Virus record (IMG/VR): IMGVR_UViG_2675903038_000001
Coordinates: 23,510-87,509 of that record
Reading direction: 5' to 3' (one strand)
Length of the DNA stretch: 64,000 bases
DNA from: a virus
Lineage: Duplodnaviria > Caudoviricetes
The position numbers and the translations under genes were made by a program. Under the pieces are notes generated by a model. It made no database searches, was not told the DNA's origin, and saw only the letters and a program-made list of their open reading frames with translations. This document shows, in pieces, positions 9,911 through 19,200 of the stretch; position 1 is the first letter of the stretch; the number at the start of each line of letters is the position of its first letter.

Positions 9911-9970
9911 CTGCTGAATTGAAGCAGCATCAAAGATGCCATATCCGGCTGATCCTGCATCCCCGGCAGT

Positions 9971-9986
9971 GTCGTGATGCTACTTT
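9971..9986 (+). promoter_or_regulatory. Putative late promoter, leaderless to portal
   Basis: GTCGTGA-TGC-TACTTT-AGCGC-ATG(9992). Confidence 0.7.
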
Positions 9987-9991
9987 AGCGC

Positions 9992-11740
9992 ATGAACGAC
10001 ATTCCCTCATACGTAGCCTTCGACGATAATGCGCCACAAGATGAGCGCTATGACGCCCATGCAGAGTTACAAAAAAGTGCATTATCAGAATTAATTCCGC
10101 GCCCTGAGATACAGCCGGTCATTGACTATATTCTTGATGACTTGGCTGAACAGGAAATGAGAAAGGCTTTAGCGAAGCCGAATATCATTCCTTTCCCTTC
10201 TAAAGCAGTCAAGAATAAGCAACCTGGCATGCAATCCGTGTATCTGGATGATATGCAGGTATCGGTCATGGGGCACTACTACGATAAGCCTGGCGTGTTC
10301 AGCTTCGACTCCATGCGTGCCATGGTCGAACAGACGCCGATACTCAATTCCGTAATCATGACACGTATCCGCCAGGTTCAGCGGTTCTGCAGGATACAGG
10401 AATCCGGTCGCGGGCCTGGCTTCGAGATCAAGCTCAAAGACCGTGAGGCAGAGGTAACGGATACCAACCGTCAATCCATCCAATTGATGCAGGATTTCAT
10501 GCTTAACTGCGGGTGGGAAGCAAAACCACGCCAAAGAATGCGACTTAAGCGCGATGATTTTCCGTCATTCGTGGCCAAGCTGGCCCGGGATAGTCTCACC
10601 ATGGATTCAATGGCTATCGAGACAGAATACAAGCGTGACAGAAAGCTTGGGATGGATGGATTGTATGCCGTGGATGGTTCCACGATCAGGCTTTGCACGG
10701 AAGATGGTTATGAGGGAGATGACGAGATATTCGCGCTGCAGGTGGTGCAGGGGCGCATCCGTACTGCCTATACCTATGACGATCTGATCTATGTGCCGCG
10801 CAATCCGCGTACGGATGTATTAACTGGTGGTTATGGTCTGGCTGAGACCGAGTTATTGATTCGCGTGGTCACCGGCTTCCTGAATGCCATGACCTACAAT
10901 CAAAAATACTTCGATAGTAACGCGATTCCCAAAGGGCTGTTGCACTTATCCGGAAATTATTCCGAGAAAGACCTGTCGGCATTCAAGCGCTACTGGAATG
11001 CAATGGTGAAGGGTGTCAACAATGCCTGGACGTTGCCGGTCATGGTATCCAAGGATCAGGAATCCCGCGCGGCCTTTGAGCGCTTTGGTGTCGATGTCGA
11101 TGAGATGATGTTCTCGAAATGGATGACGTTCCTGGCATCGATCATCTGTGCCATTTACGGCATTTCTCCTGATGAGATTAACTTTGAGAGTTTTAGCGCC
11201 AGTAAATCATCCCTTTCTGGTTCGGATACATCGGAGAAGCTGGCAAATTCAAAAGACAGCGGCTTACGCCCACTTCTGACTTATCTGGAAAATATTTTCT
11301 CGGATTTCATTATTCAGGATTTCAGCGAGCAATATGTGTTTCGCTGGACAGGGCTCGATGAGGAAGACGAAGAAAAGCGCCATGAAATTCGCAAGCTGGT
11401 ACTCAAGGTCAATGAAATACGCGCCCAAGAAGGTTATGACAAGCTAAATGACAAATGGGGTGAGGCCCCTGTCAATCCTGCCTTACTTGGCGCTTGGCAG
11501 TCCGAACAGCAACAGAATGATCAAGATTTTGGTAACCCGAACGAGCAAGGCGGCAATCCTGAAGGTGACGAGAATCATGGACAGTCCGATTTTGGAGATC
11601 CCGGAAAAGACGGCGCAGGGGATCAGGAAGATGCTGATTTTGGAGAGCCTGGTGAGGAAGACGGTGATGATGACAATGATTCTGATGATGAGAATCTAGG
11701 AAAGTCATTCGGCCTTCCGGTTTACACGTTCGAGGTCTGA
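9992..11740 (+). CDS. Portal protein (SPO1/Twort-like)
   Basis: AVDGSTIR, RNPRTD...GYGLAETE, YFDSNAIPKGLL, SKDSGLRPLL; acidic C-terminal tail. Confidence 0.9.
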   Translation: MNDIPSYVAFDDNAPQDERYDAHAELQKSALSELIPRPEIQPVIDYILDDLAEQEMRKALAKPNIIPFPSKAVKNKQPGMQSVYLDDMQVSVMGHYYDKPGVFSFDSMRAMVEQTPILNSVIMTRIRQVQRFCRIQESGRGPGFEIKLKDREAEVTDTNRQSIQLMQDFMLNCGWEAKPRQRMRLKRDDFPSFVAKLARDSLTMDSMAIETEYKRDRKLGMDGLYAVDGSTIRLCTEDGYEGDDEIFALQVVQGRIRTAYTYDDLIYVPRNPRTDVLTGGYGLAETELLIRVVTGFLNAMTYNQKYFDSNAIPKGLLHLSGNYSEKDLSAFKRYWNAMVKGVNNAWTLPVMVSKDQESRAAFERFGVDVDEMMFSKWMTFLASIICAIYGISPDEINFESFSASKSSLSGSDTSEKLANSKDSGLRPLLTYLENIFSDFIIQDFSEQYVFRWTGLDEEDEEKRHEIRKLVLKVNEIRAQEGYDKLNDKWGEAPVNPALLGAWQSEQQQNDQDFGNPNEQGGNPEGDENHGQSDFGDPGKDGAGDQEDADFGEPGEEDGDDDNDSDDENLGKSFGLPVYTFEV

Positions 11741-11742
11741 TC

Positions 11743-13326
11743 TTGGACAAGGTATCCCGCGCAGTAGTAGGTGACGAAATATATTTCCACCATAAAGATG
11801 ACCCGTGCTGTGGAAAGGTGCTGTCTGTCGGGAAACATGGTGTGACGGTAGATCATGAAGGAAAACGTCAGAGTGTCACATGGGAACGTGTGCTAGGCCA
11901 TAAGAAGCGAATATCACAAAAACTAAAAATAATACATGAAGGTGATGACGGCATGATTGTCGAGGATCCTGCGGGGAAAAGACGGTTTGTGCACATTCCA
12001 CCGGAAGCGAAAGAGGATCAATACATGGTTAAAGCATTGGCTGATAAACGGCTATTGTTGTTTACAAAGTCAGAGAAGATCGCTAATCGTGCAGGCCTTC
12101 ACTTGGAAAACAGGACGGACCGTACAGGACGAAATCAAAAAAAATGGGTACGAAGTAATCCTGAAATCACCGCAGGTAATAAACGATCAAAAGCAAAAGA
12201 CCCTGACCCAAAGGATAGGCGTGGATCAACGGCAGGATATGGTATCCATAATATTGAGGCTGTTGACAGAATTCAATTTAAATTAGGAGAGCTTACCGGA
12301 GAGGGTGAGGTCGTTGGCAATCCTGGTAAAGATGGTGCTCATGTCAAGGATTCAAGCGGTCATATTCATCAGGTGCGCTGGGATCAGGTAACAGGGCACA
12401 AAGCAGGTCCAAGTACGAAGAAGCCAGAGCACGAGAGACCGGTTCTAGGCAAGCAGGAGCCTATTCATCCTGATAATTTTAATGCGTCAGAATACGCAAA
12501 AACTCATGATAAAGCTGATGTGACTCCAGAAGAAATTCTTTACCACTTCCCAGAGGATACTACAGATAAAATTACGAACGTTCGTGATCGACTGAGATCG
12601 GTTGAGCAGACAATTGATAAGTACAGGCAGGACGGCAAGTATGAAGATGCACGTAAAGCATTGCATCATCAGATTGTCCGTAAAATTATGTCACCCGAGA
12701 AAATTAAGGATGCTACGCCATTTGATGGTGAGAAACCTGTATTTATCATTTTGGGAGGTCGTGGAGGATCAGGCAAGTCATGGTTTGAAGGAAATGTTTA
12801 CGATCCATCTAAATTTATCGTGTTGGATGCTGATCATATAAAAGGCATGCTTCCTGAATATGAGGGTTGGAATGCACACCAGGTTCATGAAGAATCCGGT
12901 GATATATTCGATGAATTGGTTAAGACTGCACGTTTCCTTGGCTTGAACGTAGTTCTTGATAAAACTATGAAAACCGCCAAGAGCTCAATTGCAGACGTTC
13001 ATGCGTTTAAGGATGCCGGATACCGAACGGAGGCACATTATATGCATTTGCCGCGCCAAGAAGCAGCCAAGAGAGCGGTGGCTAGGTTTCTTGGAAAAAC
13101 CAAGAGATTTGTGCCGCCAGAGGTAGTATTGAGCAATACGACCAATGAGCATAGCTTTGATCAAGTCAAACATTTAGTAGATGACTGGAGTTTCCGTGAT
13201 AATAACGTACAGCAAGGTCAGCAGCCTATTTTGATCTCAATGAAGAAGGCCATTGCGAAATTGACGAAGGCAATTAGTGAGAGGATAATTGTATTTTGGA
13301 GGTGCAACGATGGAAAAACACAATGA
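11743..13326 (+). CDS. Polyvalent protein: two SH3-like repeats plus zeta-toxin-family P-loop kinase
   Basis: LGGRGGSGKS, LDADHIK, HEES, VVLDKT, AVARF...RFVP; N-terminal repeats ending WERVLGHK and WDQVTGHK. Confidence 0.8.
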   Translation: MDKVSRAVVGDEIYFHHKDDPCCGKVLSVGKHGVTVDHEGKRQSVTWERVLGHKKRISQKLKIIHEGDDGMIVEDPAGKRRFVHIPPEAKEDQYMVKALADKRLLLFTKSEKIANRAGLHLENRTDRTGRNQKKWVRSNPEITAGNKRSKAKDPDPKDRRGSTAGYGIHNIEAVDRIQFKLGELTGEGEVVGNPGKDGAHVKDSSGHIHQVRWDQVTGHKAGPSTKKPEHERPVLGKQEPIHPDNFNASEYAKTHDKADVTPEEILYHFPEDTTDKITNVRDRLRSVEQTIDKYRQDGKYEDARKALHHQIVRKIMSPEKIKDATPFDGEKPVFIILGGRGGSGKSWFEGNVYDPSKFIVLDADHIKGMLPEYEGWNAHQVHEESGDIFDELVKTARFLGLNVVLDKTMKTAKSSIADVHAFKDAGYRTEAHYMHLPRQEAAKRAVARFLGKTKRFVPPEVVLSNTTNEHSFDQVKHLVDDWSFRDNNVQQGQQPILISMKKAIAKLTKAISERIIVFWRCNDGKTQ

Positions 13327-13504
13327 AGTGAATGTGAAAAAGCCCATTCCAGGACCTGATGAAAGGCCAGACCTGTACGATGCCTATGATGGTATTGATA
13401 GACCAGAGGGATATAAAACAGGTGTAGAGATGCCTGATTATATCCAGAAGATGATTGAAGAACGGAAGGCTAAACAGCAACAGCCAGCAGTAACTAATCA
13501 TTAA
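13310..13504 (+). CDS. Small protein overlapping the zeta-kinase gene (candidate partner/antitoxin)
   Basis: GGAGG then ATG 13310; overlaps the upstream stop. Confidence 0.6.
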   Translation: MEKHNEVNVKKPIPGPDERPDLYDAYDGIDRPEGYKTGVEMPDYIQKMIEERKAKQQQPAVTNH

Positions 13505-13531
13505 ATCAAATCTGGAAGAAGGGGGAAAAGA

Positions 13532-14113
13532 ATGGAGCAAGTTATCCCATTCTTCAAGTCGCACATTAGCGGCTACACCCGAGGTAATACCTACGTTCAT
13601 GACCATTACCGTCGAGCTGCAAAATTTGCGGCTGCCAAGCATAAAGGCCAAACCCGCAAGGATGGCAAAACACCCTACATAACACACCCAGTCCAGGTGG
13701 CATCTATTCTGAGTAGAGAGGCCAAAGTAACCGATCCGGTTATCCTGTTAAGCGCATTACTACATGACACACTGGAAGATACCGACACCAGCTACGAGGA
13801 ATTGGAAGCAGAGTTCGGCAACGAGGTTGCCAATCTGGTGCTGGAAGTAACCAATAATCCAAACCTATCCAAGCTGGACAGCAAAACAGCACAAATTGCC
13901 AAGCCGTGGTCTCCAAAGGCTATCAGACTCAAGATGGCCGACAAGACGGCTAACCTGCGCGATCTGGTCAATGCTCCACCAGTTGGAATGTCAAAAGACA
14001 AAAAGATTGAATACGCCAATCATGCCAGAAAGGTGATTGAAGGCATGAGAGAGCATCCAGAAGCGTTAAAACGATTATTCGATCTAGCCTACCAAATAGT
14101 TCTCAGTCACTAA
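13532..14113 (+). CDS. HD-domain small alarmone hydrolase (Mesh1/SpoT-like) with N-terminal extension
   Basis: AAAKHKGQTRK...PYITHP...ALLHDTLEDT...KMADKTANLRD. Confidence 0.88.
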   Translation: MEQVIPFFKSHISGYTRGNTYVHDHYRRAAKFAAAKHKGQTRKDGKTPYITHPVQVASILSREAKVTDPVILLSALLHDTLEDTDTSYEELEAEFGNEVANLVLEVTNNPNLSKLDSKTAQIAKPWSPKAIRLKMADKTANLRDLVNAPPVGMSKDKKIEYANHARKVIEGMREHPEALKRLFDLAYQIVLSH

Positions 14114-14378
14114 ACTGCTTCATTCCATAGCGGTATGGTGTCGTAACGTACCATAATTATCTTCGACAACCTGGGCAAAACTTTTTGCTGCTAAGTATTG
14201 TCTTATTAATTACTCCGAGCGTGTGTGTGGGGTGCTTCAAAAAACATCACGCAGCTGGTGAGCAGATCTCCTTTTGCAGAGTTACCCATCCTCTGTTTCT
14301 TGCGTGAGCCAGTCGATTCCGTGCGTTAGTCGGCGATTCTATTTTTGCAAGCTGAGAAACCGGCTGCAACTATTGTAT

Positions 14379-14394
14379 GTCGTGACCTGACAAT
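14379..14394 (+). promoter_or_regulatory. Putative late promoter, leaderless to MuF
   Basis: GTCGTGA-CCT-GACAAT-ATGTGTC-ATG(14402). Confidence 0.68.
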
Positions 14395-14401
14395 ATGTGT
14401 C

Positions 14402-15562
14402 ATGACAACGCTTCTAATCGATATAGGCCCATTGAGCGAACATCAATCAGATGAAGCGCTAGAGGCAATCTACAAATCAGTCCACGATCATGGCGGTGAT
14501 GATTCTATCTGGAATCCGCATGAATCCCCATATATCAGACGATTAATCGAGTTATTTACCGAACGAGGATTAACTCGTCTCGAAAAGGTAAGGACAGAGT
14601 TAACTGCGTGGGCTAAAGGTGAAAAACACCGTAAAGATAGTCCTGTTCCAAGGCCGGAGGGCATGATACGCCGGTGGGACAAAGGCGAGCTTGCATTGGT
14701 CAAGCTCTATCTTGAAGCCTTGCCACCGGAGCAATTCACCCTGGATGATTGGGGAATGGTCGTTGATTTTTTGGTGCAGCGTTATCTGCCGGAAGATGAA
14801 TTGCGTACCGAAGCAGAATGGCTGGCAACGCGATCAGGATTAATGGGCAAGGTGCAAGCAAACATGCAAAAGTCACCAAACTTGAAGCAGGCAGACAGGT
14901 TGCTGGCAGCTATGCCCAATACCGTCAAGGGTGCGTCCAAGCAATTCAAACTATCATCCGTGCAACATGCGGTACTGGACTTTGGGCGTGCGCGTGCAGC
15001 CGAAGCAGTGACAAGGCTATCTGACAACGTGCGTCACAAAATGCGTGATGTGATCATGCAGCATGAAGAACAGAAGATGCTCAATGGTGGAGCAGCTACG
15101 CCGGGGTCAGCCCTAAAAACGCGATTGTTAGATGAATTTGCCGTATTGAACAGAGATTGGCGGCGTATTGCGTTGACAGAAGCAGGAGAGGTCGCAAATC
15201 AAGGATTTATTGCTTCATTGTCTCCTGGCGCCAAGGTAAAAAGAATTGAGCAGTATCGTGGAGCATGTCCATTTTGCCGGAAGATAGACGGTGTAGTAAT
15301 GGAAGTGGTTCCAGCTAGCAAGGATGATAAAGACCCGGATAAGATGATTTGGGTAGGAAAAAACAATGTAGAGCGATCAGGTTCCCCGCGTAAACGTGTA
15401 GGAGGCGAGTTGGTGGAGCGTTTGCCTGAAGAGCAGTGGTGGGTGCCTGCAGGTGTAGCGCATCCAATGTGCCGTGGTCAATGGATAAAATTATCCGAAT
15501 CCAGAGCGGATGATGATCCTGATTTTGCTGAATGGTTGAAAAATACACTGGAGAAGAAATGA
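14402..15562 (+). CDS. MuF-like minor head protein
   Basis: RDWRRIALTE, ACPFCR, AHPMCRG motifs; start set at ATG 14402. Confidence 0.8.
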   Translation: MTTLLIDIGPLSEHQSDEALEAIYKSVHDHGGDDSIWNPHESPYIRRLIELFTERGLTRLEKVRTELTAWAKGEKHRKDSPVPRPEGMIRRWDKGELALVKLYLEALPPEQFTLDDWGMVVDFLVQRYLPEDELRTEAEWLATRSGLMGKVQANMQKSPNLKQADRLLAAMPNTVKGASKQFKLSSVQHAVLDFGRARAAEAVTRLSDNVRHKMRDVIMQHEEQKMLNGGAATPGSALKTRLLDEFAVLNRDWRRIALTEAGEVANQGFIASLSPGAKVKRIEQYRGACPFCRKIDGVVMEVVPASKDDKDPDKMIWVGKNNVERSGSPRKRVGGELVERLPEEQWWVPAGVAHPMCRGQWIKLSESRADDDPDFAEWLKNTLEKK

Positions 15563-16137
15563 TATTTTTCCTCAAGAATCATCCTATCAATCAAGCTGTA
15601 ATTCGTGGTGCTGCAGTCAAAGACCTGAATGAAGGTGAAATTCGTCGCAATCCTGGCGAACCATCTCCAGAAGCAGCCAAGGCTGACAAGTACAAAATGC
15701 CTGTTATCAAGTGGCGAGGATTGAGCATTCGTATCGAGAATCCTGCCGGTTCCGTGCGCCGTGGCCATAACTGGGAAACCAGAATGAAATATGACTACGG
15801 TTATATCAGCGGCTCAAATGGAGTAGATGGGGACGAGGTGGATGTATATCTTGGGCCATATCTTGATATAGCAGAAATCGTTTACGTAGTTCATCAGCGC
15901 AAATACGGCAAGTGGAACCAATACGACGAAGATAAATGTTTGATCGGATTTATGTCTGAGGATGAAGCCAAGGCAGCTTACCTTGCGCATTACGATGATC
16001 CACGCTTTCTAGGGCCAATAACAGCATTGCCGGTTGAGGAATTTATCGAAAAGGTCAAAGCGACAAGAGAACAGTCTGGAATGATCAAATCGATGATTCT
16101 ATTCTTCAAAGCCAACGTCAATCGGTGCTCGATTTAA
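15559..16137 (+). CDS. Phage inorganic pyrophosphatase (InPase) domain protein
   Basis: IENPAGSVR, YDYGYI...GVDGDEVDVYLG, YDEDKCLIGF; ATGA overlap with MuF. Confidence 0.85.
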   Translation: MIFFLKNHPINQAVIRGAAVKDLNEGEIRRNPGEPSPEAAKADKYKMPVIKWRGLSIRIENPAGSVRRGHNWETRMKYDYGYISGSNGVDGDEVDVYLGPYLDIAEIVYVVHQRKYGKWNQYDEDKCLIGFMSEDEAKAAYLAHYDDPRFLGPITALPVEEFIEKVKATREQSGMIKSMILFFKANVNRCSI

Positions 16138-16195
16138 TGCTGCGATGATGAATATCTAAGCATCACATTCTTAAAACAAGATTCATAAAAAAAGC

Positions 16196-16211
16196 ATCGT
16201 GACACGACAAT
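16196..16211 (+). promoter_or_regulatory. Putative late promoter
   Basis: ATCGTGA-CAC-GACAAT upstream of 16246. Confidence 0.62.
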
Positions 16212-16245
16212 AGGCTCAATAACCTTTTGTCGAAGTCGCGAGCCT

Positions 16246-19200
16246 ATGTTGATTCTTTTCCTGAAAGCAGAACAGCAATCGCTGCTGTTTGACGCTCCTG
16301 TATTAGTGCAGGGATCAGTCCGTAAAGACGGAAGTGTAGTAAAACCGCACGTGCGGATTCAAAAAAAGAAACTGCCTGATTCTGGCGGTACGCAGGGGAA
16401 TTTATTTGGTGATAATTCCACTGAACAATCGAAAAAACCCTCAAAGTTAGACGCATTCATTGCCAAGCAAGGCGGAATGCAGTCTCTTGCGTCCAAGCTA
16501 TCAATGCTGACTGAAGGTCAGCAACAAACGATCTTCGAGAAAATAGCTGCACTTGATGGCAAGACCATCAAGGAAGTATCTGCGATGTTCGATGGGCTGA
16601 AGGTCGAGGAAGTGAAACAGCCCGATCTATTTGCGCAACCTGCTGCGTCTGGGAATCCTTCTAAGACCGAGGGTTATGTGACACCTCCCAAACTTGATTT
16701 GCCAATTGTAGAGCACGACGGTGACACCTGGTATATCACCAACACTGGAGCCGCTCGTGAGGATGGTAAGGTCTATGCACACCTATCCAGCGCGACACGT
16801 GGGCGGCATGCCAGAAACGGCATTTACCCAGTTCAAATATCTGACTGGATCAGGCTTGATAAGCCGGAAGTGTCCGAGTCTGCAAGTGATGATCTGCCTA
16901 TCGTCGAGCACGTCACTAGGAAGGGCAAGATCATACGAGGAATTATCCGAAAGGATTTGACCAAGGAAGAAGCTGCCGGAATCGACCAATATACCTTCCT
17001 TAAGGATGGTGGCTGGTTTATCCGGGAAAAGCATCTGGAAGGAGAGGCCTATCAAAACTCAATTAAGAAAAAAACACCATTAGACACTAACGATTCCAAT
17101 GATTCGGAAACCGTCAGTCAAGAGAAAATCGATAATGCTATCGATCCCCTGGTCTTTGGTGTGAAAGCTGGTATTACCAAGGCAGAGCGTAGGAAGCTGA
17201 ATACGGCTGCTGCGGCTCTGGTGATGAAAGTGCCGGGAGATATGACCGATGCAGACCGAGCATTATTGCGCCAGTATTCCGGGAATGGCGGTTGCGGTGA
17301 TTCGCTTAACGAATTCTATACCGATCCGGCAGTGGCATTGGCTATGTGGAAGGTTGCGGAAAGACTTGGTATTACCCACGGCACGGCTTTGGAGCCATCA
17401 TGTGGATCGGGCGTATTCCTGCACACTGCGCCTGATGGAATCAAGGTTACCGGTGTCGAATTGGAAAGTATTTCCGCTAAGATAGCTGAAGCATTGCATG
17501 GTGAGCGTCATGAAATCGTGAATGCATCGCTGGAACGCTTTGCTACACAGGATACGCGGCGATTCGATATCGTGATCGGCAATCCGCCGTATGGGCCGCG
17601 AGGCATGCTTCTGAAAGATGACAAGAAGGATTTGTCGAAGGCGGAAGAGTATTTCATCGACACCAGCTTGGATAAAACGCGGGCTGATGGATTGTGTATG
17701 CTGGTAGTGCCAAGCGGCATTATGGATAGCAAGAATGGGCGCAAGTTCCGGGAAAGAATGTTGCGTAAGGCTGAATTCCTGGGCGCTCAGCGGCTGCCTA
17801 ATAGTGCATTCGAGGCAAGTCATACCGATGTTACCGCAGATGTGATTTATTTGCGTAAACGGCCCGATGATGTGGCTGGGGCGCTGGGTACGCTGGATAA
17901 AAAGACGTTGCAATCGATTGGCGTATGGGATGACGAATTCCTGTCAGGAGCTTACTTTGAAGGGCGCGGCAAAAGTAACGTGTTCGGTGAAGTGGGCACG
18001 GCAATGCGCGCTTTCGGTGAGATTTACACGGTCAATGGTTCAATGCGTGACGTACCTGATCTGATTGAGAAATTCGACCCGAACTCAGAAACTAAAACAC
18101 CGTCAATGCAGGATATCTTGAATGCCTTGCCGGATGAAAGCGACAAGAATCGCGCGCTAAATGCTGCCGACAAAAAACCTTATCATGATGGTGCCAAGGT
18201 AGGGGATATCAAGATAGAGGATGGCGTTACCTACGTATTGCAGGGCAATCCTCCCCGTTGGCACAGAGCTGACGAGGCCATGCAGTCTGAAGCGGTGACG
18301 AGTGCTTTGGAGCTGGCTGCCGAAATCGATAGATTAATGAGCGGGCAAGCCGTGGATCGGGCCAAGCTTGAAGAAGATGTGCGGGAATGGATGGGGCTGC
18401 ATGGCATACCATCCAATCACCCGGATTTATTGGTTGCTGCTGCGAACGATAAAACCCTGTATCGGCTGATAGGAGCGGTAGGCAAGGATGGCAGATTATC
18501 TGATGTTGTGTCCGGTAGAGAAGCAGAAAGGATTGAGGGCGGATTTGATGCGGTTGCTCAATCGTTGGCGCTATCTCATGAGTCTGGTGACTTCACAGTG
18601 GCTGAATTGGCTGAAGCTCTGAATAAAGATGAAGACGAAGTGCTAGATCAGCTATTTGCGGATGCGCGCTATGCGGTGGTTAATGACGAGCGCTGGTCTC
18701 CCATGGATGCTTATCTGACCGGGCAATTATGGCCTAAGCTCGATACGGTCAATGCCAAGCTGTCCGTGGGTGGAATGGATGGCGTAATGCGATCGAAGCT
18801 AGAGAATCAGAAGCGCCAGCTTGAGGAAACCATCGATCCGAAATCGCTTGAGGATGTGGATATCCAATTGAATAGCGCATTCATTCCATTGAATGTCATG
18901 GAAGTGTGGATTGATAGTCGGGCCGATGAGTTGCGTGAAAAATTCCCTGAATCTAGCTGGTATCGGGATATGGCGCCGGCGTCTGTGACGTTCGAGGGCG
19001 GCGTTTACAAGATAGGTAAAGGGGTGGCTATCAATGACGGATTGCTCGATAAATACCTGAATCGTACCGGCGTCAGAAAAGATGATCTGCCTACCATCGA
19101 AGAGTGGAACGAGCAATTCAAAGAGTGGTTGCTCACGTCTGAACATCGGGAGATGGTGGAGGATTTATATAATCGTAAATTCCGTGGGTTCGTGCATCGT

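Noticed and set aside
14345-14401. ORF-track N-terminal extensions of MuF (also 281, 8337, 9233, 15532, 35629, 50202, 60210)
   Set aside because: They overlap promoter motifs or upstream genes; downstream starts have better RBS or coupling
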